Part shown: piece by piece, positions 9,984 through 20,090 of the stretch
How positions within the stretch are numbered: position 1 is the first letter of the stretch
How the letters are laid out: the number at the start of each line of letters is the position of its first letter
IMG/VR virus record: IMGVR_UViG_3300030376_004017
Direction: 5' to 3' (one strand)
From: an uncultured virus (IMG/VR IMGVR_UViG_3300030376_004017)
Lineage: Duplodnaviria; Heunggongvirae; Uroviricota; Caudoviricetes
DNA length: 64,000 nucleotides
Program-made: the position numbers and the translations under genes
Notes under the pieces: generated by a model
Database searches by the model: none
What the model saw: the letters and a program-made list of their open reading frames with translations, nothing else
Told to the model about the DNA's origin: nothing

Positions 9984-10928
9984 ATGGGAGACGAATTTAA
10001 TTTTTTTGACCCTAGCACTTACGGAAACGCCGCCAGTGACTTAATTAGTAATGCAGCCAATGTTTACGTAAAAGACCTGATTGGACGAAAGCTATCAAGA
10101 ACGCCAACACCTTCTGTAGGTGAAACAACAGGAGCAGCGCTTGATGCTTATAAAACATCATACCCCGATTACGCTGATACGATGCGAACTCAGTCGGGTT
10201 TGGATCTTGCAAAACAATTAGAGTTGCTTGGACAGTATGGGCCGCAATTTACAGCACAAAACCTAGCACAGCAACAAGCTTTTCAACCGCAGTTTAACAA
10301 GCTTCAGTCTGATGAAGCTTTTAAACAATTGATACGTCGGCTAGGTGCTGATGTAACTGCGATGCGTGGGCCGGGAAAAGCTTTGGTAGATGAAACTGAA
10401 GCACTGAAGCGTCAGGTAGATGATCCTTATTATCGTACAAGAGATCAAGCAGGTAACTTGACACGTGATTTGTTGAATCAGTTTGTTGATCCAGCGACAG
10501 GTAAATTTACTGGTGAACTTTCTGGCGGTGAACGTGCAGAAGTTGATAGGTTCTTAAACAGACAGCAGCAAACATCTGGTAACTTAGGTGGGCCGCAGTC
10601 GCTTATGAACATTGTTTCTAAAGCACAAGCATTTGGTCAGGGTGCGCAATCAAAGCGCAATGCGTTAGGACAAGCGTTAGGTGTTGCAACATCATTCTTA
10701 CCAGCAGCAAAGAGTGGCTTTGATCCTCTACAAGTTGCTTTAGGTAGGCCAGCAGGACAGTTTAATACACAAACGTTTACGCAGCCTAACTTAGCAACGA
10801 ACACTGGAAACCAAGCAAGTAACTTTTTTAATCAAGCGATGACTACTGGAAGACAGTCGGCAGGGTTTAAAGCAAATCAACCTTCTTCGTTAGATAACTT
10901 TAGCACGATGCAAAATTTGGGTTGGTAA
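9984..10928 (+). CDS. Putative ejection (internal virion) protein
   Basis: Q/A/G-rich helical composition; position. Confidence 0.55.
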   Translation: MGDEFNFFDPSTYGNAASDLISNAANVYVKDLIGRKLSRTPTPSVGETTGAALDAYKTSYPDYADTMRTQSGLDLAKQLELLGQYGPQFTAQNLAQQQAFQPQFNKLQSDEAFKQLIRRLGADVTAMRGPGKALVDETEALKRQVDDPYYRTRDQAGNLTRDLLNQFVDPATGKFTGELSGGERAEVDRFLNRQQQTSGNLGGPQSLMNIVSKAQAFGQGAQSKRNALGQALGVATSFLPAAKSGFDPLQVALGRPAGQFNTQTFTQPNLATNTGNQASNFFNQAMTTGRQSAGFKANQPSSLDNFSTMQNLGW

Positions 10929-11027
10929 TGATTTTAGCCAGTTACAGTCTATGTATTGTTATGTTCTTGACTCTACTCTAACGTGTATGTGTTAGGCTGT
11001 AACTGGTGAATTTAAGGAAAATATAAA

Positions 11028-11885
11028 ATGGCAACAGAAGAAGAAAAGAAACGGGCGCTTGCAGGATTGCAACTAACTCCAGAAGGCAGGGAATATCTGT
11101 CAGCGCAAGGTGTGCCAGAACAAGTTTATCGCGATCCGCGTGATGAAACTCTTGCGGCAACTCCTGCATTGATTAGACCTATCGCAAGTATGTTAGATAG
11201 AATGGCTAATCCCGGTCGCGCAGGTACAGCAGCGTCAATGAATTTAGGGTTAGCGCAGAAAGCGCAGCAACGACAACTAGACGCAGCAAAACTTAAAGGC
11301 GCACAAGAAGATGCGAACATGAAAGAGTTGCAGATGCTTGCAGCTACTGGTGATACCGATGCGCTTAAACAGTTACGCAATTATTCAACTGCGATGAATG
11401 CGTATCGTATGAATCAAGGGCTTGATTACTCTGCTCTCACAGGACTTGGTGGTATTCCTGATGGCGGGACGGGTCAAGCACGTCCTATAAGTGGGATGGG
11501 TAATACACCACCTGCAGGAGGATCACCGCCCGCAGAACAAACACTTACAGAAGTAGAAAACTTAACACCTACAGAATTAGCAACACGTGCCGCTGATGAT
11601 ATAGCTGATATTGATAGAAGGATAGCAGATGCTGAAAATGTTATAAACACTGGAAGAGTTACTACTATGATTCCTGATACTTCAAGACCTCCAACTATGG
11701 GAATGCCGGGAGGTTCTGGATTTCCTTCAGAAGCTACGCCTCAATACGTTCGGTCAACGAGGGAAGCTACTATAGGTGAACTTAATAAAGCACAAGCAAC
11801 TTTAACATCTCTGCAAAAACAGAGAGCGCAGATTCAAAGCACAGCACAACTTTACGATCCAACTAGCTCAAGGCCAGATTTATGA
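11028..11885 (+). CDS. Putative ejection (internal virion) protein
   Basis: Position before the giant internal protein; composition. Confidence 0.55.
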   Translation: MATEEEKKRALAGLQLTPEGREYLSAQGVPEQVYRDPRDETLAATPALIRPIASMLDRMANPGRAGTAASMNLGLAQKAQQRQLDAAKLKGAQEDANMKELQMLAATGDTDALKQLRNYSTAMNAYRMNQGLDYSALTGLGGIPDGGTGQARPISGMGNTPPAGGSPPAEQTLTEVENLTPTELATRAADDIADIDRRIADAENVINTGRVTTMIPDTSRPPTMGMPGGSGFPSEATPQYVRSTREATIGELNKAQATLTSLQKQRAQIQSTAQLYDPTSSRPDL

Positions 11886-14800
11886 CCGAAGAAGAACGTA
11901 GAGAGAGGCTACTGAGGATGGGTCTTGATCCATCTCAGTATCGCTACGTCACTAACGAAGAAGCAGCTTATGAAGATACTACACGCCTTAGTACGGTAGG
12001 CACTGGGTTGAAACAAGCTATCGGCCCGACTGCTGGTGCGTTAGGTGGTGCTAAGCTTGGTATGATGGGTGGTGCGGCTTTTGGCCCTATCGGTGCTGGT
12101 GTTGGTGGATTAGTTGGCGGTGTTCTAGGAGGTTTCGCTGGTGCATTTGGTCAAGGCGCTATAGAAGAAGCTGTCCTCGATGACGCGGAGGAGCAATCAC
12201 TCGCACTAGAACGTCAAGCTGCTGCGCAAAAATATCCTTATACATCTTTCTTTGCACAAACCGCACCGTCACTAGGTTTTGTACGACCTAGCCCTACATT
12301 ATTAAAAGCAATTCCCGGTGCGTTAAAGAATGCACCACTACGTACACAAACAGCTTTACAAAAACAAGCACTCACAGGTCTTGGTATCGGCAGTGGTTTA
12401 GAAGCTGGTGTTGAAGCTGGCTCACAAGCATTGATGGGTGAGGAGTTAGACTACGGTAGGATTGGTTTAGCTGGACTTGTTGGAGGTGCGTTACAACAGC
12501 CTACAAGATTAGGCAAAAAGATTTATGGTGATACACCAAGACCTCTTACTGATGAAGAGGCACTTGCCGTATTACCAACTAAGCGAGAAGAAATTTTATC
12601 ACGTGCCGAGAAAGCTCTTGAAGAAGAAAAGCTAAAAACTGAAGCACGTTTAGCTGCAGATGATAAAGCTACATCTGAAGCTGAAGCATCTAGGCGTGAC
12701 GAAACTACAGCGACAGAAGACCTTGAAGCTACCAAGCGCCTTAAAGATGATAAGGCTAATGTAGAAATAGCATTAGAAAAAGCGCAGAGAAACAGACAAC
12801 TGTTAGAAAAGCAAACTGAAAGCTTACGTGAAACTTATGGATCAGATCATAAGCTAGTGCAACAAGCTCAACGAAAAGCGATGGACGCGCTTCAAGATGA
12901 GATGACTGTAATGGAGCGCGTTAAAGAACTTAACGATCAACGTAAAGCACAGCGTGACGAAGCCAAGCGCCAAGAAGCTGAAGTAGAAGAGATAGCCAAC
13001 AGACACAACCAAAGACAGCAAGCACTTACTGGTAAAGCATTACGCATACCTCCGTCTGAACAATTACTAAAAGATGCCAAAGGTTTGTCTGAGCGTTTAG
13101 GTATGGGTTGGCGTAGGGCTGTTATAGAAGCAACTGATCGCTATAACGCTGAGACTACGCGAGGTGTATACAAGTTACCGAAACATGAGATACTTCTTAA
13201 CGAGAAGCTTGATAACCCAGACACACCTTTCCATGAATATCTGCATGGGTTATGGCAAGTGTTAAAGCGTGGCGATGATCCAAAGCATCGTGGCTTATTA
13301 GAATTTTTTGAGACTGACTTATTTGCTGAAAGCAAGATGCGTAATGCGCTGGAGTCTGACACAGATAAACGTATATGGTCTGAAGAACAGATTGTAGAAC
13401 GTGCAGGTAAGATGCTGCAAAAGCGTATGACTGATGCACCTGCAGGTGTGATGGCTAAGCTAGGTAAATGGTTTGATGATTACAAACTGGAACGTGATGC
13501 ACGTAAAGGCTTTGTACCTAAGAAGGGTGATACATCTGATAAACATTTAGAGCGCTTAGCTGATTGGCTTGCCATGCGTGGTGAACGTCAGCCTGTGCTA
13601 CAGCCACAACAGCTTGAATTATTTTTAACTCAGTTGCCTGTGCGCTTTGCGGGTGATGGTCTTGATTCTCCTACTGCTGGGGGTGAACGTTACAGTAAGG
13701 ACAGTGGTGGTACTGCTGATCCAGATGAATCACCGCTAACATTTGAACAGCAAGCCGAGGAGATGCGTAAGATACGTGAAGCTTTGGAAGCTGAGAATCC
13801 TTCACTTAAAAATCCTGACGGTAAACCAACTGATGCTGCACGTGCCTTTGCTAAGATACGTCAGGATCATTTACGATTGCAGGAAGTAAAAGCTGAACAA
13901 GTTACTGAAGGGCTGAAGATAGCTGCCACGTATGACGAACAATTTAGAAAACGTTACACGAAAAAAATACGTGATAAAATGTTGTCACGTATAAAGTCTG
14001 GTACGTTTAGTATTGAACAAGCACAGAAAGCGTTGACTCGGTTTGCTATCAGAGCTTTCCCAGAAGACATGAGCGGGGAGGATGTCGCAAAAGTAGTTAA
14101 CGCTTTAACGATGTATCATGGAGCAAGGGGGCAAGTAGAGAAAATTGTTGACGGTCGTAGAGAACGGATTCCTGCAAAAGACGCTATTTTACAAGAAGGC
14201 TTTAAAACAGAAGAACTTAGCCCAGCTTCTACATTTGGTCGTGGTATTTATATGACACCAGACCAAAAGACAGCCGAAGGCTATGGTGGTTGGGCAAACG
14301 TTCTCAAGATACGAACTAATTTTAAGAAGTTATATAACTTTAACAATCTCTCAGCACGTGACGTTTCAAAATATGTAGATGAGTTCACGCTTGCTGCAGA
14401 AAAGTTGGGCTATCCGCTACAGGATTATACATCGTCTGATAGAATAAATTTTGGTAGACGTATAGATGATTTTAAAGAAACTCCTAAAAAACAAGAAGCT
14501 ATTTCCCAAGGTTTAACGGGAACTGATATAAGAAATCGTATACTTAGTTCATTAGGTTATGACGGGTTAACTTATAGTGACGGCTATTTTCGTGAAGTCG
14601 TAGCCTTCCGTGAGCCGCTTGAGAAAGCTAACGGCCAGCTTCAAGACTACTACACTGACCAAAGACTGCAGAAGGTAGACTCTGAAAAATTGCTAGAGGA
14701 TATGAACGACTATCAGTTAACCTCTGCTACAGATCACTTCTCGTCTAACCCTGCAGTGCTTACACAGTTTGGTATACGTAGTATTGTAGATAGCGTGAGA

Positions 14801-17302
14801 ATTGTTGGTCAAACTGTAGAAGAGAAAGCGATTGCCAATCGAGTTGCTGATGCTTTGGATGCTACAGCCCGTGACAGTCGTGAGTTGCAGGGACGTTTCA
14901 TAGAACAATTCTTAATGCACCAAGGTGAGGTGAAGCTAAGCCAACGCGATGCCGAACTTGTACAGATTTACATGGTACATAGAAGGCGCAAGCTACCCGT
15001 ACCTAGCGAAGCACAGGCAGCATACGATGCACCAGACAGTAAGGTGCGTTATTATGTGGATTATTTTTCCAAGGACTATACTAAAGCGCGTGATCTACAG
15101 CTTGGTGAAGGTATGAAAGTATACTCACCGTCTGAAGGTGACTATGTTACTGCAGGTAGAGATGTAGATTATGTGCCAGAAACATTTAGCTTACTGAAGC
15201 GCCGTGAATTGCAGGGTGACTTTGGACTTGTGAAACAACAAGCGGCTAAGCAAGAACTTCTTGAGTATTGGAAAGAGGTTCGTGGTGATGATAAAGCAAT
15301 TACTGATGCTGACTTAGAAGTTGCACTTAACAAATACATTTCAAAGAGCGTTGACTTTGATAGCGACCTTGGATCTACAAAATTTGGTGCGATACGTAAG
15401 GTGCAAGGTCTAGGTTTGCCAAAGACTTTGGATGATAAAGGTAGGCTGCTTTGGATTGAACCAAGCGCAGTTAACAACTACACAAGATACTTTAAAAGAT
15501 TCGCAGATGACTTTGCGTTCTACAAAAATGTTGAGAACGATGCTGTCGTACGTGCTGCGTTGGGTGTTCCACATGAGGGCAAACACGCAGCTACTCTCAA
15601 AGACAGTCCGTTTACAACACGTACTAAGACAGAGATCATAGAGGGTAAAGAGATTCAGTTGAATGCTGGTATGACAAGCCATCCAGCGGTACAGAATTTT
15701 ATGAAGGGCTATCTAGGTTACTACGATGGCTCAGAACTTATTGGACGTACAGCCAACCGTTTAGTTGTTAGCCATTGGCTAGGTTTTATGTCTGGCATAC
15801 GTGACTTATTCACCTCTTATACACTGGCGTTACCCTATATGGGCTGGAACAATGCGAGTGCTTTAGTAAAGTCATTCACAGACGTAAGAAAGAGTTGGGT
15901 TAGGAGTCACGCAAAGGGTGTTAACAAAACTAAATCCAATCGTATTGAGTTTGGTTTGGAAACACACACCAAGTTGTTGAACGGTTTAGACCTTTGGAGT
16001 GATTGGGCTACAAAGTATTCTGGACGTAACATAATGGAACGTTCTACAAGAGCGCTGCAGTTTGGCCTTGGTCGTGCGCTTGTGCTTCAGAACATAGGCG
16101 CAGCAGATACAGACAGGCTTGCCATGCGTACATTAGAAACGTTGGGTAGAATGTCTGGTGTAGATTATCGTACATTACGCCGTCATGCAGATAAAGCTGA
16201 CAGCTATAAGCTGAGTGATGCAGAGTTTGATAACATGTTGGATGACATGGCTGCTGGCTGGGTTGAAATTAACCAAGGCACTTATGATGTACGTGGTGTT
16301 CCATCATGGACTTTGTTTGGTGCGCCATCACTGTTTACTTCGCTATCGCGTTGGACAGTTGAAAAGACTACACGTATGGATCGTGATATCCTTGGCCCAC
16401 TATTTAATGAAGGTGACATAAGACCACTCGTTAAGTCTACGTTAGGTGCTGTAGTTACTGGCGGCGCTCTTACATACATTTCACAATTTATTTACAACAA
16501 ACTGCAAGGCGCACCTACACTTGAAGAAGCGCTTAAAGCAGAGAACAATGATGAAGCACGTTACGCTGTAGTTAATATGCTAAACCAGACAGGTTACTTT
16601 GGTTTGGTTAGTGCGCTACTAAATGATTGGGCGCGATTTGAACAAGGCTACAATCCAGACTTGCCAGGCGGTTTTGTTTTTCCTGCGTTAGACTTTTTCA
16701 GTCAGACCATGATGGACCCGATGGCTGACGCTGTACGTGCTATAGAAGAAGGCGCTCCTGTGATAGAAACTTATGGTAAAGCTATAAACGATGTCATGCT
16801 ACGTGCTACACAAACCTATCGCATAATATCACAACAAACTTTCCAACGTGAAGAGATGGATAAAGCTAACATGCGTCGGAACTACCGTGTGTTCCGTCGC
16901 CTTGAAGGTTTTACAGATGCGCCTGTGTCACCTGACATGGGTAATAAGTATATGCGTCCTGACACACGTGAGTTTAAAGAAGCTGAGACGGTTGAAGAGA
17001 TGGTGCAAACAATTCCCGGTGCGTTACGAGAACAGATTGACAGAGCGCAGGGCCGTCCAGATAAACTGAAGTCTTATGTACAAGGGTTGTATACGACATC
17101 TGATAAGACAATGCCTTCTGTAAAAACAGTTGAAGGTGTCAAAGAATTTATGCGCTACCGAGACTTTATGATAAAGATGGGGCGTGGTAAGGATTGGCAA
17201 CGTACGTTTAATGAGTGGGCAAGGAAGCAAGCCATGTCACCTACACGTAAAGCACTTGTTAAAGGTTACGTTGAGTTACAAATAGCGAGAAGTCAGCAAT
17301 GA
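11882..17302 (+). CDS. Large internal virion/ejection protein of polyvalent type (Gly-zipper segments, HExxH metallopeptidase-like and ADP-ribosyltransferase-like domains)
   Basis: 1806 aa; HEYLH at ~13232; YHG...FGRGIYMT...GYDG...EVVAF at ~14111-14610. Confidence 0.7.
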   Translation: MTEEERRERLLRMGLDPSQYRYVTNEEAAYEDTTRLSTVGTGLKQAIGPTAGALGGAKLGMMGGAAFGPIGAGVGGLVGGVLGGFAGAFGQGAIEEAVLDDAEEQSLALERQAAAQKYPYTSFFAQTAPSLGFVRPSPTLLKAIPGALKNAPLRTQTALQKQALTGLGIGSGLEAGVEAGSQALMGEELDYGRIGLAGLVGGALQQPTRLGKKIYGDTPRPLTDEEALAVLPTKREEILSRAEKALEEEKLKTEARLAADDKATSEAEASRRDETTATEDLEATKRLKDDKANVEIALEKAQRNRQLLEKQTESLRETYGSDHKLVQQAQRKAMDALQDEMTVMERVKELNDQRKAQRDEAKRQEAEVEEIANRHNQRQQALTGKALRIPPSEQLLKDAKGLSERLGMGWRRAVIEATDRYNAETTRGVYKLPKHEILLNEKLDNPDTPFHEYLHGLWQVLKRGDDPKHRGLLEFFETDLFAESKMRNALESDTDKRIWSEEQIVERAGKMLQKRMTDAPAGVMAKLGKWFDDYKLERDARKGFVPKKGDTSDKHLERLADWLAMRGERQPVLQPQQLELFLTQLPVRFAGDGLDSPTAGGERYSKDSGGTADPDESPLTFEQQAEEMRKIREALEAENPSLKNPDGKPTDAARAFAKIRQDHLRLQEVKAEQVTEGLKIAATYDEQFRKRYTKKIRDKMLSRIKSGTFSIEQAQKALTRFAIRAFPEDMSGEDVAKVVNALTMYHGARGQVEKIVDGRRERIPAKDAILQEGFKTEELSPASTFGRGIYMTPDQKTAEGYGGWANVLKIRTNFKKLYNFNNLSARDVSKYVDEFTLAAEKLGYPLQDYTSSDRINFGRRIDDFKETPKKQEAISQGLTGTDIRNRILSSLGYDGLTYSDGYFREVVAFREPLEKANGQLQDYYTDQRLQKVDSEKLLEDMNDYQLTSATDHFSSNPAVLTQFGIRSIVDSVRIVGQTVEEKAIANRVADALDATARDSRELQGRFIEQFLMHQGEVKLSQRDAELVQIYMVHRRRKLPVPSEAQAAYDAPDSKVRYYVDYFSKDYTKARDLQLGEGMKVYSPSEGDYVTAGRDVDYVPETFSLLKRRELQGDFGLVKQQAAKQELLEYWKEVRGDDKAITDADLEVALNKYISKSVDFDSDLGSTKFGAIRKVQGLGLPKTLDDKGRLLWIEPSAVNNYTRYFKRFADDFAFYKNVENDAVVRAALGVPHEGKHAATLKDSPFTTRTKTEIIEGKEIQLNAGMTSHPAVQNFMKGYLGYYDGSELIGRTANRLVVSHWLGFMSGIRDLFTSYTLALPYMGWNNASALVKSFTDVRKSWVRSHAKGVNKTKSNRIEFGLETHTKLLNGLDLWSDWATKYSGRNIMERSTRALQFGLGRALVLQNIGAADTDRLAMRTLETLGRMSGVDYRTLRRHADKADSYKLSDAEFDNMLDDMAAGWVEINQGTYDVRGVPSWTLFGAPSLFTSLSRWTVEKTTRMDRDILGPLFNEGDIRPLVKSTLGAVVTGGALTYISQFIYNKLQGAPTLEEALKAENNDEARYAVVNMLNQTGYFGLVSALLNDWARFEQGYNPDLPGGFVFPALDFFSQTMMDPMADAVRAIEEGAPVIETYGKAINDVMLRATQTYRIISQQTFQREEMDKANMRRNYRVFRRLEGFTDAPVSPDMGNKYMRPDTREFKEAETVEEMVQTIPGALREQIDRAQGRPDKLKSYVQGLYTTSDKTMPSVKTVEGVKEFMRYRDFMIKMGRGKDWQRTFNEWARKQAMSPTRKALVKGYVELQIARSQQ

Positions 17303-17348
17303 ACTATGATATATTACCTGAAGATTTTTCAGAGGATTTAGATATGGT

Positions 17349-17753
17349 TTGGGTATGGTAAATATGAAAGCGTTGGGAGATCGAGGGGAACTTTTAGTAG
17401 CGCAGGAGTTAATAGAACGTAACTGGAATGTGTCATTTCCTTTTGGCGATAACGCTCGTTATGATATTATTGCAGAAAAGGATAGACATTTTTGCAGGGT
17501 GCAAGTTAAGTCTACGGAAAATGTAATGATGACTCCCAGACATGGGCCTCACTACGCTTTTAGTTTATGTCATGGTAAAGTTACCAAAGATGCTTACGAT
17601 AAAAACTCTATAGATTTTTTTATTTGCTGTGCCATACAAGTAAAACGCTTTTGGATATTACCTATCGAAAACGTTACTTGTAAGACGCTGAAGATTTTTA
17701 TCACTGGTAAGAAGCACCATGAGTATGAAGGTGCTTGGGATTTGCTGAGATGA
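17349..17753 (+). CDS. PD-(D/E)XK endonuclease (free-standing homing-endonuclease-like)
   Basis: GDRGE...YDII...RVQVKS...IDFF motifs; ATG start may be 17355 or 17364. Confidence 0.75.
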   Translation: MGMVNMKALGDRGELLVAQELIERNWNVSFPFGDNARYDIIAEKDRHFCRVQVKSTENVMMTPRHGPHYAFSLCHGKVTKDAYDKNSIDFFICCAIQVKRFWILPIENVTCKTLKIFITGKKHHEYEGAWDLLR

Positions 17754-17938
17754 AAGAAAAACAACACGACGAAAAAGATCAACAGCAAATGTTTTACAAT
17801 GATCTCGAAGGTTTGATAGGCCGTTACTATAACGAATTTGATTTATCATACGAGAGTATTATAGGTGTACTAACTCGCCGTGTTGTTACTACAGTGTTGG
17901 AAGACATTGAAGTTGAGGAAGAAGACGAAGAGTTATAA
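17750..17938 (+). CDS. Hypothetical acidic protein
   Basis: ATGA-coupled ORF MKEKQHDEKD... Confidence 0.5.
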   Translation: MKEKQHDEKDQQQMFYNDLEGLIGRYYNEFDLSYESIIGVLTRRVVTTVLEDIEVEEEDEEL

Positions 17939-18253
17939 CTTCTCTAGCCAACGTACCTTCATTGCACAATCTACTATAGACGTTTCGCAATCCTTCTCTT
18001 CACCGCTACGTGATGTACCTACCAGCAATCCGTTACCTGCTATAGGTGATGGATAATCAGCAAACATAAAGAAGTCATGTTCCTTACCATCTATCAAGGA
18101 CATATCATCTACGAACAGTGTGTCACCATTCTCTAACGTATAACCTGTTGTGAATATATCGCAGCCAAGCTTTTCTTGAATGTCTTTGTAGCCATCAACT
18201 TCCACCTGTGACACAAGTTTAGCTGTGCTATCTATAAGGTATGCCTGTGTCAT
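17933..18253 (-). CDS. DUF3846-like protein
   Basis: AYLID...IQEKLGC...LFVDD...IAGNGLLVG; homologue at 59506. Confidence 0.6.
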   Translation of the reverse strand: MTQAYLIDSTAKLVSQVEVDGYKDIQEKLGCDIFTTGYTLENGDTLFVDDMSLIDGKEHDFFMFADYPSPIAGNGLLVGTSRSGEEKDCETSIVDCAMKVRWLEKL

Positions 18254-18516
18254 GACCAGAAGTTCCACCACTTTCTAGGTTTCATAGGGATAATATCTTC
18301 TGTGTTTTTTGCTGCACGTCCGTGAGCTTCCAGCACTTCAGATTCTGTAAACATATATGCAGAGGGCTTGCCTTCTTTTGTGTTAAACCATCCATCAAGA
18401 TGTACTAGATAGTATTCACTGTTGGCACGACCACGTTTCTGTGAGTTATTTATTATAGCTAATTCACCTAACCCGATTTCGGTTTTAGCTTTTAGTTGTT
18501 TGTATTTTTCGTCCAT
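18250..18516 (-). CDS. Hypothetical protein
   Basis: ORF MDEKYKQLK..., fits the operon. Confidence 0.55.
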   Translation of the reverse strand: MDEKYKQLKAKTEIGLGELAIINNSQKRGRANSEYYLVHLDGWFNTKEGKPSAYMFTESEVLEAHGRAAKNTEDIIPMKPRKWWNFWS

Positions 18517-18517
18517 G

Positions 18518-18838
18518 TTAATCCCTTTCGTCATAGCGATCTTCCCACGCACAATCGTGTGCGTGGTCTTCTGTTATACAGTACGCTAAGTCTTCTGCTT
18601 TTTTATATTCTTCGTCAGTTAGTTCTACAGTGTTGCCATGCTCATCTACGAACATTAAGTCAGTATGGGCTGGGCTAACCTGTGTACGATAACCGCCTGT
18701 CTCAGGCTCACCATCAATGTAAGCCTCGTATATCGCAGTGCTTTCTTCGCTAAAGTATATAGCACGATCATGTATAAAATCTAACTTCTCGGCTCTTATT
18801 ACATTAACCGTAGTTTCGTATGTGTTTTTTCTAAACAT
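18518..18838 (-). CDS. Hypothetical protein
   Basis: ORF fits the operon. Confidence 0.6.
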   Translation of the reverse strand: MFRKNTYETTVNVIRAEKLDFIHDRAIYFSEESTAIYEAYIDGEPETGGYRTQVSPAHTDLMFVDEHGNTVELTDEEYKKAEDLAYCITEDHAHDCAWEDRYDERD

Positions 18839-18839
18839 G

Positions 18840-20090
18840 TTATAAGTATTCTGTAGGGTCAGCGGGTTTAGTTACAAGTGCATTGTATGTGTGACTATCA
18901 AAACTCACTTGTTCTGTCATAAGTAAAAATTCTAGGCAAGTCCTTAATTCTTCTTGGCTCAGATCATCTACGAAAACGATAAGCAGCTTCTTAAATGACG
19001 CACCTTCTGCGCCCTTATCTATAATGTACTGGCAGATGCGGCGTTGAATTTCGGCTAACACGTTACGACCAGCTACGGTGTAAGCTTCGTGCATACGAAT
19101 CTCTGTGTGTGCCAACAAGCGCAGTGCGCGTTCCATTGTATCGCGCTCGATTGTCATTGATGCTGTGCCATCGGCGAAGTGCATTATCATAGACAGCTTT
19201 AGCCAATGTACATTCTTGCGTCCGTAATATGTTTCAAGCCTGTGATCTTTGTTTAGTGTCTTCTGTGTAAGCTGACCGCTCTCGTAAACTTCTTTGTGAT
19301 AGTCAGCAGCTTCCTCACTTAACGTCAACGGCCCACCTACGGATGCTAACTTTTTAAGGTGTGCCAGCACCTCTGACTTACATGCTTTCTGCTGTTCAGT
19401 AACACCGGGAAACTGTCGTAGGAATCTTGGCTTGTCTCCATACACCATGATAACACGTGACGTAAATCCTTGTGATATAATCTGATCGTTGAAAGCTGTG
19501 CGTATAAATGATGGTGTTGTGCCGCCTAGTATGTTGACGCATACGTTCTTGATAATGTCTGTGCCTTGGTGTTTAGTTTTGTATGTGTAGTCACGGCTAT
19601 CGTAAAACTGGTTAAGCATATTCACTATGCTGTCAGTGTTCTTGCGTAACAAAACTCCCAACTCCTCTATCATAAAACCCACAGAGAAATGTGAGGAACG
19701 CATCTTCTGGTTGTTCTCATCCATGTAATGAAAATCTCGTGCGCACTCCTTCACTATGTATTGTACAAGCGCTTCCTGTGTGATGGTATCAGCACTCAGT
19801 GGATAGAATGGTTTGATGTCTACCTTGTTAGCTTTCTTGTTTGGTTTGCGATCTATTAGCACAGGATTTTTAATATGCTCACTTACCTGTGATATAACAC
19901 GCGACTTGCCAGCAGCAGGTGGCCCAACTAACAGCACAAACAAGTTAGGGTATAGTGTGAATGTGTCGGGAAACAACCACACCCTACGTTGTAATGCTGT
20001 TGATATCATACTGTAAAATCCCCAGTCAATAAACAGGTCAGGTGATTCTAAGTCTTTTAAGAAGTATCTCCATTTTTCTATGTTCGTCAT
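18840..20090 (-). CDS. DUF3987-like P-loop ATPase (probable replicative helicase)
   Basis: PNLFVLLVGPPAAGKS Walker A, IEEL Walker B, GGTTP, GFTSR; directly after polA. Confidence 0.7.
   Translation of the reverse strand: MTNIEKWRYFLKDLESPDLFIDWGFYSMISTALQRRVWLFPDTFTLYPNLFVLLVGPPAAGKSRVISQVSEHIKNPVLIDRKPNKKANKVDIKPFYPLSADTITQEALVQYIVKECARDFHYMDENNQKMRSSHFSVGFMIEELGVLLRKNTDSIVNMLNQFYDSRDYTYKTKHQGTDIIKNVCVNILGGTTPSFIRTAFNDQIISQGFTSRVIMVYGDKPRFLRQFPGVTEQQKACKSEVLAHLKKLASVGGPLTLSEEAADYHKEVYESGQLTQKTLNKDHRLETYYGRKNVHWLKLSMIMHFADGTASMTIERDTMERALRLLAHTEIRMHEAYTVAGRNVLAEIQRRICQYIIDKGAEGASFKKLLIVFVDDLSQEELRTCLEFLLMTEQVSFDSHTYNALVTKPADPTEYL

Noticed and set aside
10922..10938. Possible sigma54 site TTGGTAATGATTTTAGC
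   Set aside because: GG-to-GC spacing is 11, not 10, and the -24 match is poor
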